Origin: Sphagnum compactum
Taxonomy: Eukaryota
Assembly: GCA_965153455.1 (NCBI GenBank)
Contig: OZ234493.1
Location: 6,934,213 to 6,998,212 of the forward strand
Direction: 5' to 3'
Length of the DNA: 64,000 bases
The notes beneath the pieces were generated by a model. It was not told where the DNA came from. It searched no databases and saw only the letters and a program-made list of their open reading frames with translations. The number at the start of each line of letters is the position of its first letter. The first letter of the stretch is position 1. Both the position numbers and the translations under genes were made by a program. Shown piece by piece: positions 1-13,500 of this stretch.

Positions 1-422
1 AATGGATGATCCGTTAAAAAAAGAAAAGAATATGAAAACTTTTATGCTAATATCATTGAAAGAAGGAAAAGATGCATGAGACAAATAATGAACCCACTTG
101 ATTTTCGATTCAGTGTGCCCCAAAATCATCATTCTTATTGGTTCGCACAACCGAAAAATTATTCTGTAGCAACAGTGGAGGCGCTCAGGAAAAAGGAAAG
201 ACAGGTTAAAACTCAATATCTACCACCCAAATTGATGGTTTTCTGAGTTTCTCTCCCCCCCCCCCCCCCGGTTGATCGCTAATGTACTTTTTGCAAGTCT
301 TTTTTTAATCTCACCTGTTTATGACCAAACTCAGGGTTACGTTGTTGTATTTTCCTCACTTTACGGATATCTCTAACGTTTGTAAAAATTTCCTTGAATG
401 TACCATAAGGGAATCACACTTA

Positions 423-794
423 AAGCATCTCCACCAGTGCTTAGTATCTGACTCTGACAGTAAAATTTATTGCGAAAAAGTCAAAATGTGCCGGTTCAAT
501 TCAGGAAATTGGTTTTTCTGCACCAAGTTTGTGCAGCTTGTTGAGGCTGGTGAAAGGCACAACGCAGTTGTGCACCTCCAAAAAAGATTATAATAAATTC
601 GACCTTACTACGACTCAGTATTTCTGATTGGTCGATCATAATGATTGGTCCAGGTGGTTCGCTATTAGTGATTCCCACGTATATGCAGTTCTAGTTACAG
701 TTTTCTTGGTGGGATTGCCAAAAAAAAAACAGCTAAACTTAGACATTTATTTTTATTCCGGAGAGTGACATACTGAGCACTGGTAGAGATGTTC
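423..794. mobile_element. Tourist/PIF-Harbinger-like MITE, copy 1 (~372 bp)
   Basis: Terminal inverted repeats (a/g)agcatctccaccagtgcttagtat ... atactgagcactggtagagatgttc, flanked by TTA on both sides (420-422, 795-797). Closely similar copy at 49430-49794. Confidence 0.8.
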
Positions 795-976
795 TTAGGA
801 AGAATATGCATTAGACTATGCAGAGTAGATTCATTCGAATGTGGAAAGGATAGTGTATGAATATGTTCGCCTTTTCACATGTGAGAGAAACGTCATCTTT
901 TTAATTGGTCATTATACATATGGTGTATAGTTTTTAATAAATTACAGTTTGTTTTTGGTCTCTTGCTACTAGAATA

Positions 977-1051
977 GATAAGGATTGCTCAGGTGGTTAG
1001 AGTAAAGGACTGAAAATCCTTGTGTCAGTGGTTCAAATTCACTTCCAAACA
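977..1051 (+). pseudogene. trnF: Degenerate tRNA-Phe(GAA) of plant mitochondrial type (numt or tRNA relic)
   Basis: gctcaggtggttagagt-aaagga-ctGAAaa-tccttgtgtcagtggttcaaattcacttccaaaca. D arm, anticodon stem and GAA loop are recognisable; acceptor stem and T arm are mutated. Resembles plant mitochondrial trnF from memory. Confidence 0.7.
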
Positions 1052-1648
1052 TAATAGAGTGAAGCTTTAAATTCAAGCATCTCTAAGGAGCTCAGAAAAG
1101 AAATATTATTTATTTTTTCAATAAAATAAAGTGGTCTGAAGTTCAATTTCTCAGTGGCTTTGAAATAAAAGCATGCTTCTTTTTAGGGGCTACTATATAT
1201 ATATATTGCTCGTTTTTTCATAAAAAAAACAACTTTAAAATAACACAACCTTGTTTTAATGTGAAATATATATATCTTTTTTTAAAAAAACTTCAGAGAT
1301 TTTTTAATTTTGGGATAGGACAATCAAATTCACTTCTAAACACAATAGAGTGAAGCTTTAGATTCAAGCATATCTAAAGAGCTTAGAAAAGAAATATTAT
1401 TTATTCCTTCAATAAAATAAAGTGGTTTGAAGTTCAATTTCTTAGTGGCTTTGAATAAAAGCATGCTTCATGCATCTTTCTGGGGGCTGCTCTACAAATA
1501 TTTTATTTTATTTTATTTTATTTTGCTCTTTTTTCCATAAAAGAAGCAACCTTAAAGTATAAAACACAGCCTTGCCTTAATTTGAAAAAAATATATACCT
1601 TTCTTTTTGTAAAGTTAATAGATTTTTTAATTTTGGGATAGGACAATC
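1034..1648 (+). repeat. Tandem duplication of ~290-320 bp (2 copies) starting in the 3' end of the tRNA relic
   Basis: caaattcacttc(c/t)aaaca..atagagtgaagcttta starts at 1034 and 1325; both units end with gattttttaattttgggataggacaatc. Confidence 0.85.
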
Positions 1649-4471
1649 ATAATGGTTCATTGTAAATTTATATTTAATAAAAAAATGAACTTGGGAGGTG
1701 TCCCCATCTAATTAATATGAATCACAATAGGTACCCCCCAAATATGACATGTGATCATGTCTTACCTAACTTGTTTAAAGAAAATAGGCCTTATGGATGA
1801 ACAAATTCTGTTTTATGTGAATATGCAATGCATGAAAACTTAATTTTGTGAAATATAAAAACTTGCTTGAATTTATGTTTTATTGGATTCGAAAAGGCTA
1901 TGTGATCTGTATGTATGAATCAATGAAAAAATGATATGTAGGATTTGCAAAATTTAGCCTCCTATGTGTGTAAAATATAATTGCAAGGCCAACAAGTCCT
2001 TCACTATCTATTTGACATGCTAGAATTGAACGAAATTATTACCAACTATGCAATTCTTTTGAGCATTGGGTCAATTTTATGTAATGCCTAAATTTTTAAT
2101 TATATTGCTTGACATTTTTATTTTTTTTGCTGGGGTAAAGTTTAAAAAGAAAAGGATGTTTCAAAGGGAGTCACAAAAGAAGGCTATAGATAGAAGCAAA
2201 GTTCAAAAAGAGAGTTTTGGAGGTCAAAATAGAAAATCAAGAGTTGAAAATTGTGGGTCTCTTAATTGGAGACAACTTAATTCATTATGGAGGCATAGAT
2301 GACAAAAATAGGTAACCGGTAATGAAATTGACAATAGTGAGAAAAACATAAAAGAGGAACAACAAGATTATGCATGCACACCAACATCACAAGATGACAA
2401 AATACCAAAATTGATGGAAACTCACATGTGAACTTCTTGCTTCAAATTACGCCATCGTTATAAAACATGTATCCCATAATTGATAAGATCTTTCTACCTT
2501 CTAATTGGTGGAACAATTATTTTCTCTCATTAATAAAAACAAAAAAAAATGTTGTAAAAGATTTCAGTTTGCTAGAGGTTCAAAGCAATAAAAACAATAA
2601 AAATGTTGTAAAAAACTTCAATTTTGCTAGAGGTCGAAAATTCATAAATTATAATTATTACTGCTGAAGTGAAATTTGAAATATTCCGATGATGATGGTC
2701 ACATGGATAAACAAGTTTAGGTTTCATTAGATGTTTCGTCTTACCAAAATAATTTTTGGTTTGGAATTTGTTTTAAATGGAATGGAAAGATGTCTTTTCA
2801 TGTTTGGGTATTGAACATATTTTCAAGAGCTTGTGCATCTCACTTTGATTCAATTGAATCCAAACTCAATTAAATTTAATAGAATGTGAATTGAATTTAA
2901 AGTTCAATTCAATTCAAGTTGCATATAATATCATTCAATATTTTTATTCGAATGGAACTTGATTTCCACAAAATCCACTCAATTTATTCATCATTTCATT
3001 GTCATTAATAGTGCATAGCAATGTAAAGCCCAAGTAAAATAATTATTTGACATTCAAGTGCCAAACTTGAAAACGTACTAACAATCTTTGTTGAGTCTTT
3101 CTTGTAGCACAAATGTCGACAAGTTGTGCTACACATTGCAACTAAGTAAAGAAATAAAATGTTTTCTCTTCACTTTCATTAATGTTGAAAAATATAAGAT
3201 TCAACATAAGAGTTTTTCTTAAACGATATAATTTTTCATAAGATTTATTTCACTGGTTACAACCATATTCGATTTAATGCATGGAACATCATTGTGGTGT
3301 ATACATCACCAATGGAACGACTATTATATATAGTGAAAATTAGAATGTATATTAATTTGGGGTTGACATTAGAAATAATCTATAAAGATAATGAAACCTA
3401 CTATTAAAACCTTAGGTTTCATTGAAATTGAGGACAACCATCAAAATGTCCAAGGAGAAGGAATAGAAAGTAACATAAACTGAAATTAAATTTTTTTTCT
3501 TCAACCTAGGATAATCAGAGTTTCTCTTGTTTCTATGTAAGGCCTACCTAAGTTATAAGATACTTAAGGACTACATAAGGGGTTACTTAGGTATTATTAT
3601 TTAGTGGGACACCTAAGACATACCAAAGTTATGAGATACTTAAGGAGTTACATAATGCTTACCAAGGGATTATTTAAGGAAACACCTAGGGGTTTACCTA
3701 GGTTATAAGATACCTAAAAACTACTCAAGGGATTACATAGAACTTAGTTGTGAAGCTAGCTAGGGATTTGTTAGGTTAGAGGATGCTTAACGCTACCAAA
3801 AGCCTCTTCATAGGACAAGAAGAGGCTACATAGGAAGCTACCTATGGAGACACTTAGGGGCCTACTTTGGGGTTGATTTCATATTGGCCTGGTCTTGGTA
3901 TATTGAACTGGTATTGGGGCCCAAGGTTGATTTTGCCTAGTATGAGGTAGGTATGAACCGAGTATTGAGACTGGTATAAATATTGATATTAGGCTGGTAT
4001 TATCTCCAGTTTGATACCAGTCTGGTATAAGGCTGGTATTGCCTCAGGTGATACCAGACTGGTATGTTAGGAGTCAGGACAGATTGCAGTTCCTCTACAT
4101 ACATGTTAGTAGAGGTGTGTGTGTGTTTGTACAACACGAACGGGTTTGGAACCGAAACTATGTACGATTACTACATAGCTATGAAATCTATGTTCTTAGT
4201 TGTAAAATTATTTTCTCACCCTTCAATTGTCTATGCAAGCCTCACCATTCTCCTACCATGAACTAAACACAAACAACACCAAAACCATTTAAAATCAAAA
4301 GCCTTTCAAAAAGCAAAACTTCAATTCTAACAAACTTTGCATTCATACAATAATTTTGTACAAGTGAAGGTGTTTCTCAAGGTCACAAACACCCACTTAT
4401 ATACCAACCAAAAGGAAACTAGTCAAGAAACTTCCTAAAGTTTATCCACCACATGGTTCCCCATGCAATTC

Positions 4472-4741
4472 CACAATTAATCACAAGGAAACAAAGTGAC
4501 ATGGTCCCCCAATGTGATTCCACAATTAATCACAAGGAAACATAATCACATGGTGCACATGTGATTCCACAATTAATCACAAGGAAACATAATCACATGG
4601 TGCACATGTGATTTCACAATTAATCACAAGGAAACATAATCATATGGTGCACATATGATTTCACAATTAATCACAAGGAAACATAATCACATGGTGCACA
4701 TGACTTTCACATAAATTAATATGTGAAAGTCAATGCACCAT
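4472..4741. repeat. 47-bp minisatellite (~5 copies) ending in a hairpin
   Basis: Unit cacaattaatcacaaggaaacataatcacatggtgcacatgtgatt(c/t) at ~4472, 4521, 4568, 4615, 4662. Confidence 0.9.
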
Positions 4742-7531
4742 GACCAAATTATAAAATCCTACCACTCAACTTACCCTTTTAAACAATTACCTAAGTAATT
4801 GTGTAATTACATCAAGTTACACATCAAGTTACATGCTCACAAATTCCACTCAAGAAGAAGGTTCTTGCAAATATGCACGCCGGAATGCCTTAGTCCCTCT
4901 TTGAGTCAAAACAATTGTTGGATTGCAATCATGTCCAGAGAAGAGAAATTCGAAGTTTAAGAAATTTCATATAATGATACATGTTGAGAACATTTGGTAC
5001 CATGTGTTTGGTAACAATCCAATGAGCTGTAGTTCATGACCACTGAGCTCCTTGCTTCCTGGTAAGATTACACCAAGTGTGGCTGGCCATTCATCAGACT
5101 TCAAGTGTTGTTGTTTTGAATAAAAAGTCTAAACTGTAACATAAACAATTTCAGCAATTGGTATCTTTGCATAGTACTAGACTTATCTTGTGTAGTTGTG
5201 CTACCTGGACTTTCTACAATTCAATGAATAGGAAGGGACTTCACCACGTAGTCTCAGCCTTGGGTTGGGGTGTCTACAGATTTGATGTCAATTTTGAGAA
5301 ATGTATTTCTTGTGTCAAGAATCAGCAGCAAGGCCACTTAAAACATCTCCATTACAAGAACACACAAATAAAAGAAAAAAGAAAAAAAACTGCTTTGAAG
5401 AGGACATGAATTGCGACTAGATGTTGTGGGACATATGCACATATGTGTTGGTATGAAACTTGCAACCAAAATGATATCTATTTGAGTTCCTTGTTTGGTG
5501 TTGTTTGTGTTTTGTTTCCTAGCTTCAATTTCTTCATTTTTTTAATCCGTAAGAAAAATTAGCGAAATTTGACTACAAAATTAAAATATTAAAACCATAA
5601 AATTTAAGCGTCTTTCTATATTTTTGGCTGCTGGCCTGCTGGAACCTTTTATATAAATCTAGCAACATACTTTTTCATCAAAAAATCCTTAATGTGAAAT
5701 CAAAAGATTGAAAAAAAAAAAAAAAAAAAACATTAGATTAGGTAACTCAGAATTGGAATTCTCATGTCATAGAATTACAAAATTCGCCAAAAAAAAAATC
5801 ATTACTGGGCATATTTATATATATATATATATATCTGATATTTAAAAAGTCATGTCATTCACTTGCTCTTCATATGTGTGCTGTGTTTAATGTATTTTAT
5901 TGAGCAAGCTTATTTTAAAACAAAACATTTGATGTATTATTTATACATGCAAAATGTCTAAATTCCTCTGTGTACATGCTACAGGAGGGGCACTTGAGGC
6001 CGTGAGCCTGAGGGTGTTCCCCAAACCTCAGGAGAATGCACAGGTACGAGAACCTCCCCTTCCGTAAACAACTCTCTTTTGATTTCCTCACTTCATGGAA
6101 ATCTGGGAACATGGGAACATATAAAATTGGGGGAGCTTGCACGGCATAATGGTCTAGGGTTCTTCCGTTGGGGGGAGATCCCTCTAAATACACAAGAAAT
6201 GAAAAGGGAGTTGTTTGCGCAATAGTTCGAACCTATGGAGAACCAAGTAAGTTTCAAAGCCTTTGTTCTCGGAATAAATGGTGTAAGCTTGTGATAATTC
6301 TAGGTCACAAACATATATACTATTGGGAAGTAGGTACTAGCAGGCTTGGGTTACTTAGTAGGAAAAAATGAAAAAATGGGGAGAAGAATTCCAAAAAACA
6401 GACCGCCCACCCGAAGAGAGGAAAACAATAGAAGGAAAAATATGCAAGGGTAAAGCCAATTACACTAAAATAATTGGAGCATGTCTTTTAGTCTTTACCA
6501 ACCCCAATAATTTTTGGTGATTTTCTAAGGACTCCTTACTAGGTACCTTATACCTAGCCCTAAGGTTTATTCACTCCTACACCTATTTTTTCCAAAATCA
6601 AATTCCTACTATTTTCAAAAACAGACAAGAATTATTTGGGATGTAGGTACTAGCGTCTGACAGTTGTACTTTCCTACGTTCGTACGGTCGCTCATGGATG
6701 TTCACATGCTGATTATAGCAAGACCTCGATCAAGATCTGCGGATTTGTTTGCGGCTACGATGGCGTGCGGGCGGTCGGGCAGGCCTGGCGGGCGTCGTTG
6801 TTGCGATGCAACTCTTCCAGACATATGGAGAACATAAATGGCCGAAGAACTGCCGCTCATTCGCAAGCTCATTACTGGCTTGATCAAGCTACTCCAGTTT
6901 TCCTGAAGAAAATCCGCCAAAGAAACAAGTATTATAGGAGCCTGGGACACCTGATTCTTTCTGCTTCTTCTGCTTGTCGCATCTCGCGGTATGTACTTCC
7001 TCGCGCTCATAATAAAACATTGATGCAGAGAAATGGATCGTGTTTTTCTTTTGTTGAATTCTTCGCTTTGGTAGGAATGGAATATGATTATATGACTGAA
7101 CTTGTTGTTCTTTTTTCTTTGTGTTTTTGTTTTTTGTTTTCTGTTTCTCTTATTCTTCCCTTCGTTTTTGAGAAGCGTGCCTGTTAAATTGTGTTCGCTT
7201 TTGCATTCCGAGTGTAATAAGTCTTTCTTGGTCTTGTAAGGCAGAATTTTGAAGTGTAAGATGATCATGTGAGAAGAGATTTTGTAGTGGATCTTGTGCT
7301 TAGAATGATTTGGAGATGCTCCGATCGGTGTGTGTGTGTGAGCGGCAGCATTATGTGACGCGTCTGTTTTGTCTTGAGGATTGAGCTCAGACTAAAGTTT
7401 TGCGCTGTTATTGCCAGCATCGATGTGAGCAGGACGTAGCAGGCGTGGTCGAGAAGGAAACAAGGATCTGACGTTGCGGACAGAAAATACGTCGATCTTG
7501 GCCAACAGAGCGGAAATCCTCCCGATCTGAG

Positions 7532-10500
7532 ATGACGCTAAGCAACAGCACCAGCATGGCGGATCAAACCGTGCCAGACATAGCTCCGACAGCGGTAACA
7601 GAGTTACAGTTGGTGATGTCTGCTAGTGTAGAGGAGAAAGCCGGAGCCAGAGAAGCGGACGGAGAAAGGAACGCCGGGACGAATGCGAAGAACAAGAAAG
7701 AAGAACGAGGCCGAGTACAGCGTGCCATTTTTCAAGCTCTTCGCTTATGCGGATTTGGTGGATGTTCCCCTCATGATAATAGGGACCATAGGCTCCGTCG
7801 CAAATGGCGTGGCGCTGCCGCTCATGACGCTCATCTTCGGCTCCCTCACCAACGTCTTCGGCAATAACCAGAATGATACGAGCGTCTTAGTTCACCAAGT
7901 CTCTAAGGTGTGTGTGTGCCCGCCCTCCATCATCCACAGCTCATGACACCACACAGAGAGCTTATACGCACGGTCAGTGCTGTTGCAGGTCCTGCAGGTT
8001 GCGGCGCTGACACAGTACATGATCTGCATTTCCTTTGTTGAAAGTGGAAACTGTGGAATTGTGCGCAGGTGGCCATCAAGTTTGTCTATCTAGGTGCTGG
8101 AGCTGCTGTGGCATCTTACTGTGGTGGGTCTTTCTCTCTCATTCGCTCTCAAGCATTTCTAGCACTATATTCATGAGCTACTAGGGTTTGAGAAACATAC
8201 ATGAGGAGGAACTGGAGAATGGAAACCCAGTGCAAGTTTATATCACAAGCTGCTCTAGAGATCCTTCTCAGGAATGAACATGGGGAACTGGACAATGGAA
8301 ATCCAGTGCAAGTTCACAAGCTGCTAGATTCTTCTCAGGAATTTCATTTACCAATATGAGGTGCAAATACTTCCTTAGAACTGTTTTGAAGGTCCAGTAC
8401 TTGAACCACCCTCAAACAGATATTCTGTGGAAATCTGCAGTTGAGGATGGCAACAAGTTGGGTTTAGGGTTTAGGGTTTAGGGCTGGTGCCAGGGGTCTC
8501 TCTATTGAGTTGTCATTTAAATGAGTTGTCTGATCTTGAGGTGACATGCTGGATGGTTGCTGGAGAACGACAGGCAGCACACATCAGGTCTTTGTATCTG
8601 AGAGCCATTTTGCGACAAGATGTGCCTTTTTTTGACCTAGAGACCACAACTGGTGCTATGGTCGGCAGAATGGCTGGGGACACCGTTCTCATTCAGGACG
8701 CAATTGGTGAGAAGGTACGATCAAAACTCTGAAGACACTCAGCACCGTCTTCTTTCAGGCGAACAAATTTAGACTATATTCTTTCACATCACTTCATAGC
8801 AAGATGCTCTAAAGTTGCCACATTCAGCTTGTGTATGCACAGTTCTGCAGCTCATTCAAGTTGAGATCTGAAATTTCTTTAACCTTGGGACAGGTTGGCA
8901 AGTTTCAGCAGCTGCTGTCCACATTTGTCGGTGGGTTTGCAGTTGCTTTCTTCAAGGGCTGGAAGCTGACACTAGTAATGGTAGCAACATTGCCTCTCCT
9001 GGTCTTTTCTTTTGCTGCCATGGCGGCAGTATTGTCAAAAACATCAAGTAAAGGACAGCTGGCCTATGCTGAGGCAGGCACGACAGTAGAGCAAGTGGTC
9101 AGTGCAATCAGAACTGTGAGGAACCTAAACAAGATTGTAGGATGCACATTTATTGAATTTTTCTCAAGTAGTGGGTGCCCAGGATGGATTTCTAGCTTTG
9201 GTGGATTCTGGAACCTGCCAGCTAAATTATCCCAGTTGATGGGATAATACCTGCTGCTTAACAATTTTCCTGTAAAAGGGATAATCCAGTGCTTTATCCA
9301 GTCTCAGTAAAATGAGGCCAGAATCTCCTATATACTTCATAATCAACACTAACCTGACTTGTGTTTCATTGTGAAAATGTGATGTTTGTAGGTGTCCTCC
9401 TATACTGGTGAAAATAAATCAGTGCAGGAGTATGACATAGCATTAGCAAAGGCTGAGAAGGCAGGAATCATGGCAGGTGGAGCCAGTGGACTTGGCATTG
9501 GATTTGCTCTTATGGCCATGTTCCTATCTTATGCACTTGCTATGTGGTATGGATCAATTCTTGTGGCAGACCATGGGGCATCAGGGGGCAGTGTCATCAG
9601 TGTGGTTTTCGCAGTTCTCACTGGTGGCTCGTAAGTGCAAACAATCTCTGTCCCCATTTCTGTGCTGAAGAAAGAGGCATATAATTGCACTTTGGAATGA
9701 TCAATCCACTGTTACACATTGTACATGGCATGTGGTTGACATGGTGAAAAGACAACTTAAATTAGTGGCATAAAAGAGATTCTCAGCTTCATTGTTTTTG
9801 GTGGCATGTTGCCCTTTGACTCTAGCACTGTAATCAAGATGTTTGCCATACTCCAATCATTTATTTTATTGAAAGCTGTTTGTTGACTACACAGGTCACT
9901 TGGCCAAGCAGCTCCCTGTGTCTCCGCCTTTGCAGCAGGGAAAACAGCAGCATATAAAATGTTTGAGGTTATAAAACGCATACCTGTGATTGATGCATCA
10001 AATATGAAGGGGAAAGTTCTTAACAACCTCAAGGGAGAAATTGAGCTGTGTAACATAGAGTTCACATATCCAACTCGGCCAGATGTGAAAATATTTGAGG
10101 ACCTGAACCTCACAATTGCTGCTGGCACCACTGTGGCTTTAGTGGGAGAAAGTGGCTCAGGAAAGTCTACCGTAGTGAGCCTGGTCGAGAGATTTTATGA
10201 TCCTATAAGTGGCCAAGTCTTGGTGGATGGTGTGGATATAAGGCTGTTGCAGCTCAGGTGGTTGAGGCAGCAGGTTGGTCTTGTCAGCCAGGAGCCAGTG
10301 CTGTTTGGGACTTCTATCTGGGAGAATATTGCATATGGGAAGGAAGATGCTAAAGAGGAGGAAATCCAGGCTGCAGCTATGCTGGCCAATGCCTCCAATT
10401 TCATCCTCCAAATGCCAGAGGTGCCTTATATGTGTGTGTGGATGAACAAGAAGATATTTTCTTTAGTCACTCTTCCTATCACTTTTTGTAGCTGCTCTCA

Positions 10501-13500
10501 ACTCAGATCTTGGGAATGCAGCTTGGACAGATAGTTCCATAATGTAGTAGCCAGGGTACCTGATGTGATGACCTGTCACATGCAAGTCAAGATTTTCTGT
10601 TGTGTTTGGTCTTATGAAAACCTACACCTGAAAGGTGATTGACGAAGGCTTGAAATCTGTTGTAGAACATCAGGTCAAAATTAAAGAAGGTGATGTTGAT
10701 GGATGTTGGAGATCAATGTGTGGATATGTGGTGGTTGGAGTGGCAGGGTTTCAACACACAGGTGGGTGAACGAGGCATTCAATTATCTGGGGGTCAAAAG
10801 CAGCGTGTGGCAATTGCAAGGGCAATACTGAAGAACCCTAGAATTCTACTGCTAGATGAAGCAACAAGTGCATTGGATGCAGAATCAGAGAAGATTGTGC
10901 AGGAGGCACTTGAAAAGGTGATGGTTGGTCGCACCACTGTTGTGGTAGCACACCGCCTCACCACCATTTGATCTGCAGATCTCATAGCTGTCATAGAACA
11001 TGGCGTTGTTGTAGAGACAGGTATGTATCTGTAATGTGATTATCCGAGTTTTATTGCATCAGCAATTTTGCAAGACTTCCCATTTGCAAAGACATGGTAA
11101 TGTGCTTATTTCATATGGGTTGTAAATCTAACAGTAAGCCTCGATTGTAAGGTAGTTTAGTTATCTACAATCTGCTGTCCATCTCATCTACAACTGTAGA
11201 TGTTCTTCAAAGTGGTTTATTTTGTAGAAATTGGCAATACAACTAACACTGGATATGTGGATGCAAACTGTGTGCTCAAGTGACTGATAGATTCTTATCT
11301 TTTCTGAGGTTTGTTTTTCAGAAACTGAAAAGCTGACTATGATTTCTGCAGGGACACATGAGGAGCTTTTGAGCAATCCCAATGGAGCATACTCCCAGTT
11401 AGTTCATCTGCAGCAGATTTACAAGCATCAGGATAAAGATCTAGGACTAAAGCCAGAACTTGACACACATGTGTCTGATAATTTCATACACGGAGACTTA
11501 CAAAGGAGCAGTGATCACTCCAGCTCTGGTGCAAGAAATATTATTGTGAACTCCCAAGGAACTCTGTGACTGTTGCTGAGAGTGCTGCAGTCTTTACGAG
11601 TGGAGGACAAGGGGAAGATGGTCCTCAAGTAGCAGCAAAAAAGATAATAAGGCATGCAGACACATCAGTTTTCCGACTTGCAGCTTTGAATAAGCCTGAA
11701 CTTCCTCTCTTCATTGTGGGTTCTATAGCTGCAGCCACTAATGGAACGTCATTCCCAGTTTTTGTACTGCTACTTTCCAATGTTATCTCTTCCTTTTATT
11801 TACCCAACAAGCACAAGTTGCGTCGTGATGCCAACTTTTGGTCACTCATGTATGTGGTGCTTGCGGTAGGGATTTTCATTTTTGCACCTGCACAAAGTTT
11901 CTCATTTGGATTGATTGGGCAACGCCTAATCCGTCACCTGAGGCGGATGACATTTGATAAGGTGTTGCGACAGGAAGTTGCTTGGTTTGATGTTGATGAG
12001 AACTCAAGGTGAACTTTTTTGCTCATATTTTTTGTCTTGATAGTGTTCCAACATGCATGCAAAACTTATAGTTAAGGCATGTAACTGAAAAGGAACCATG
12101 AGCAAGTTTTGATTGATTCTTCAGGCTTTGGACTTAGCCATAATATGCAGCCTAAGGCTAACAGGTTTGTCTGTCTGTTTTCAGCTTGCAGTGGTGCCAT
12201 AGGTTTTCGACTCTCGACAGATGCAGCAGCAGTGAAGGGCATGGTGGGAGATATGCTCTCCTTAATTGTGCAAAATATTGGGACCATTGTGTGTGGTCTC
12301 ACTAGTGCTTTTGTATCAAATTGGCAGCTTGCACTTGTGATCCTTGCCTTGGTTCCCCTCTTGGGTATGCAAGGCTTTATAGAGATGAAGTTCATGCAGG
12401 GGTTCAGCAATGATGCCAAGGTCCTCCCTAAACCTTACAATTTGCACAACATTGTGCTGACTGGATGCTGTTTTGGCCTGCTGAATGAAACCTAACCAGA
12501 ATAAGATGACCTGAATTTGCTGAAGCTTAAAAGTATCTGGAGACATGAGTCTTCAAAGTCTGCTCAAGATTCAGAATTGCTGACTAAATGAGTGATGACT
12601 GGGTGCAATGCAGGAGGCCTACCAAGATGCAAGTCGGGTGGCGAATGATGCAATATCCAGTATCTATACAGTGTCTTCTTTCTGTGCAGAGGAGAAAGTG
12701 GTCAGATTGTATCAAAAGAAGTGTCAGAAGCCATTGAGAAGTGGGATCTGCCAGGGTTACCTCAGCGGTGTAGCTTTTGGGTTCTCCAATTTTGTGCTCT
12801 TTGCCTCCTATGGCTTATCATTTTGGTTTGGTGCCAGGTTGGTTGATCAGCAAAAAACAAGTTTCAGCAATGTTTTTAGGGTCAGCTCTCTGTGCTTCTG
12901 ACCCTGCTTTGTTCGACCACACTCAAGCTATTGTGCAGGGGAGAAAGACAGACCAATCTAGAGGAATGAGATTATCCTGCTTTGTTTCACTTACAGATTT
13001 TTTGTGCTTTAGTTCTAGTTTGCTTTCTGACGGTTTTGCTGGACAAGGGGGAAACCTGGGAAGGGAAATATGTCTCTTAATGTACTGATAATGTACAGGA
13101 TATTTGCAGGTCGTCTTTGCAATCACCATGAGTGCAATAGGGGTTTCACAAGCAGCTGGTCTTTCTCCTGAATTGACAAAGGTCAAGATTGCCGTGAATT
13201 CTGTGTTTGCTTTGCTGGATCGTGAATCTAAGATTGACCCACTTGCAAAGTCAGGGAAGACATTAAAAGTGGTGAAGGGTGAAGTGGAGCTGCAGCACAT
13301 AAGCTTCACATATCCAACAAGACCAACAGTCCCAATATTCCAAGACTTGAGTTTGACTGTACATGCTGGGAAGGTAAATCACATTGTATAACTTTTGTTG
13401 TGCTTAGCACCTATGAAGTCTGTACCAATCAAACACTCTTCTACCTTCATATCACTTTTGCTAGATGTTTGTCAATGTTTTACCAGTGTGTGATGGTACA

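Noticed and set aside
4472..4741. Possible CRISPR array (47-bp period, palindromic)
   Set aside because: The inter-repeat sequence is itself repeated, so there are no spacers.
6702..7268. 188-aa (-) and 140-aa (+) ORFs upstream of ABCB
   Set aside because: Low-complexity translations of a T-rich leader or intron; no recognisable domain.
10969..10971. TGA as selenocysteine or programmed readthrough in ABCB
   Set aside because: The position is a conserved Arg (CGA>TGA transition) and the gene has other independent lesions.
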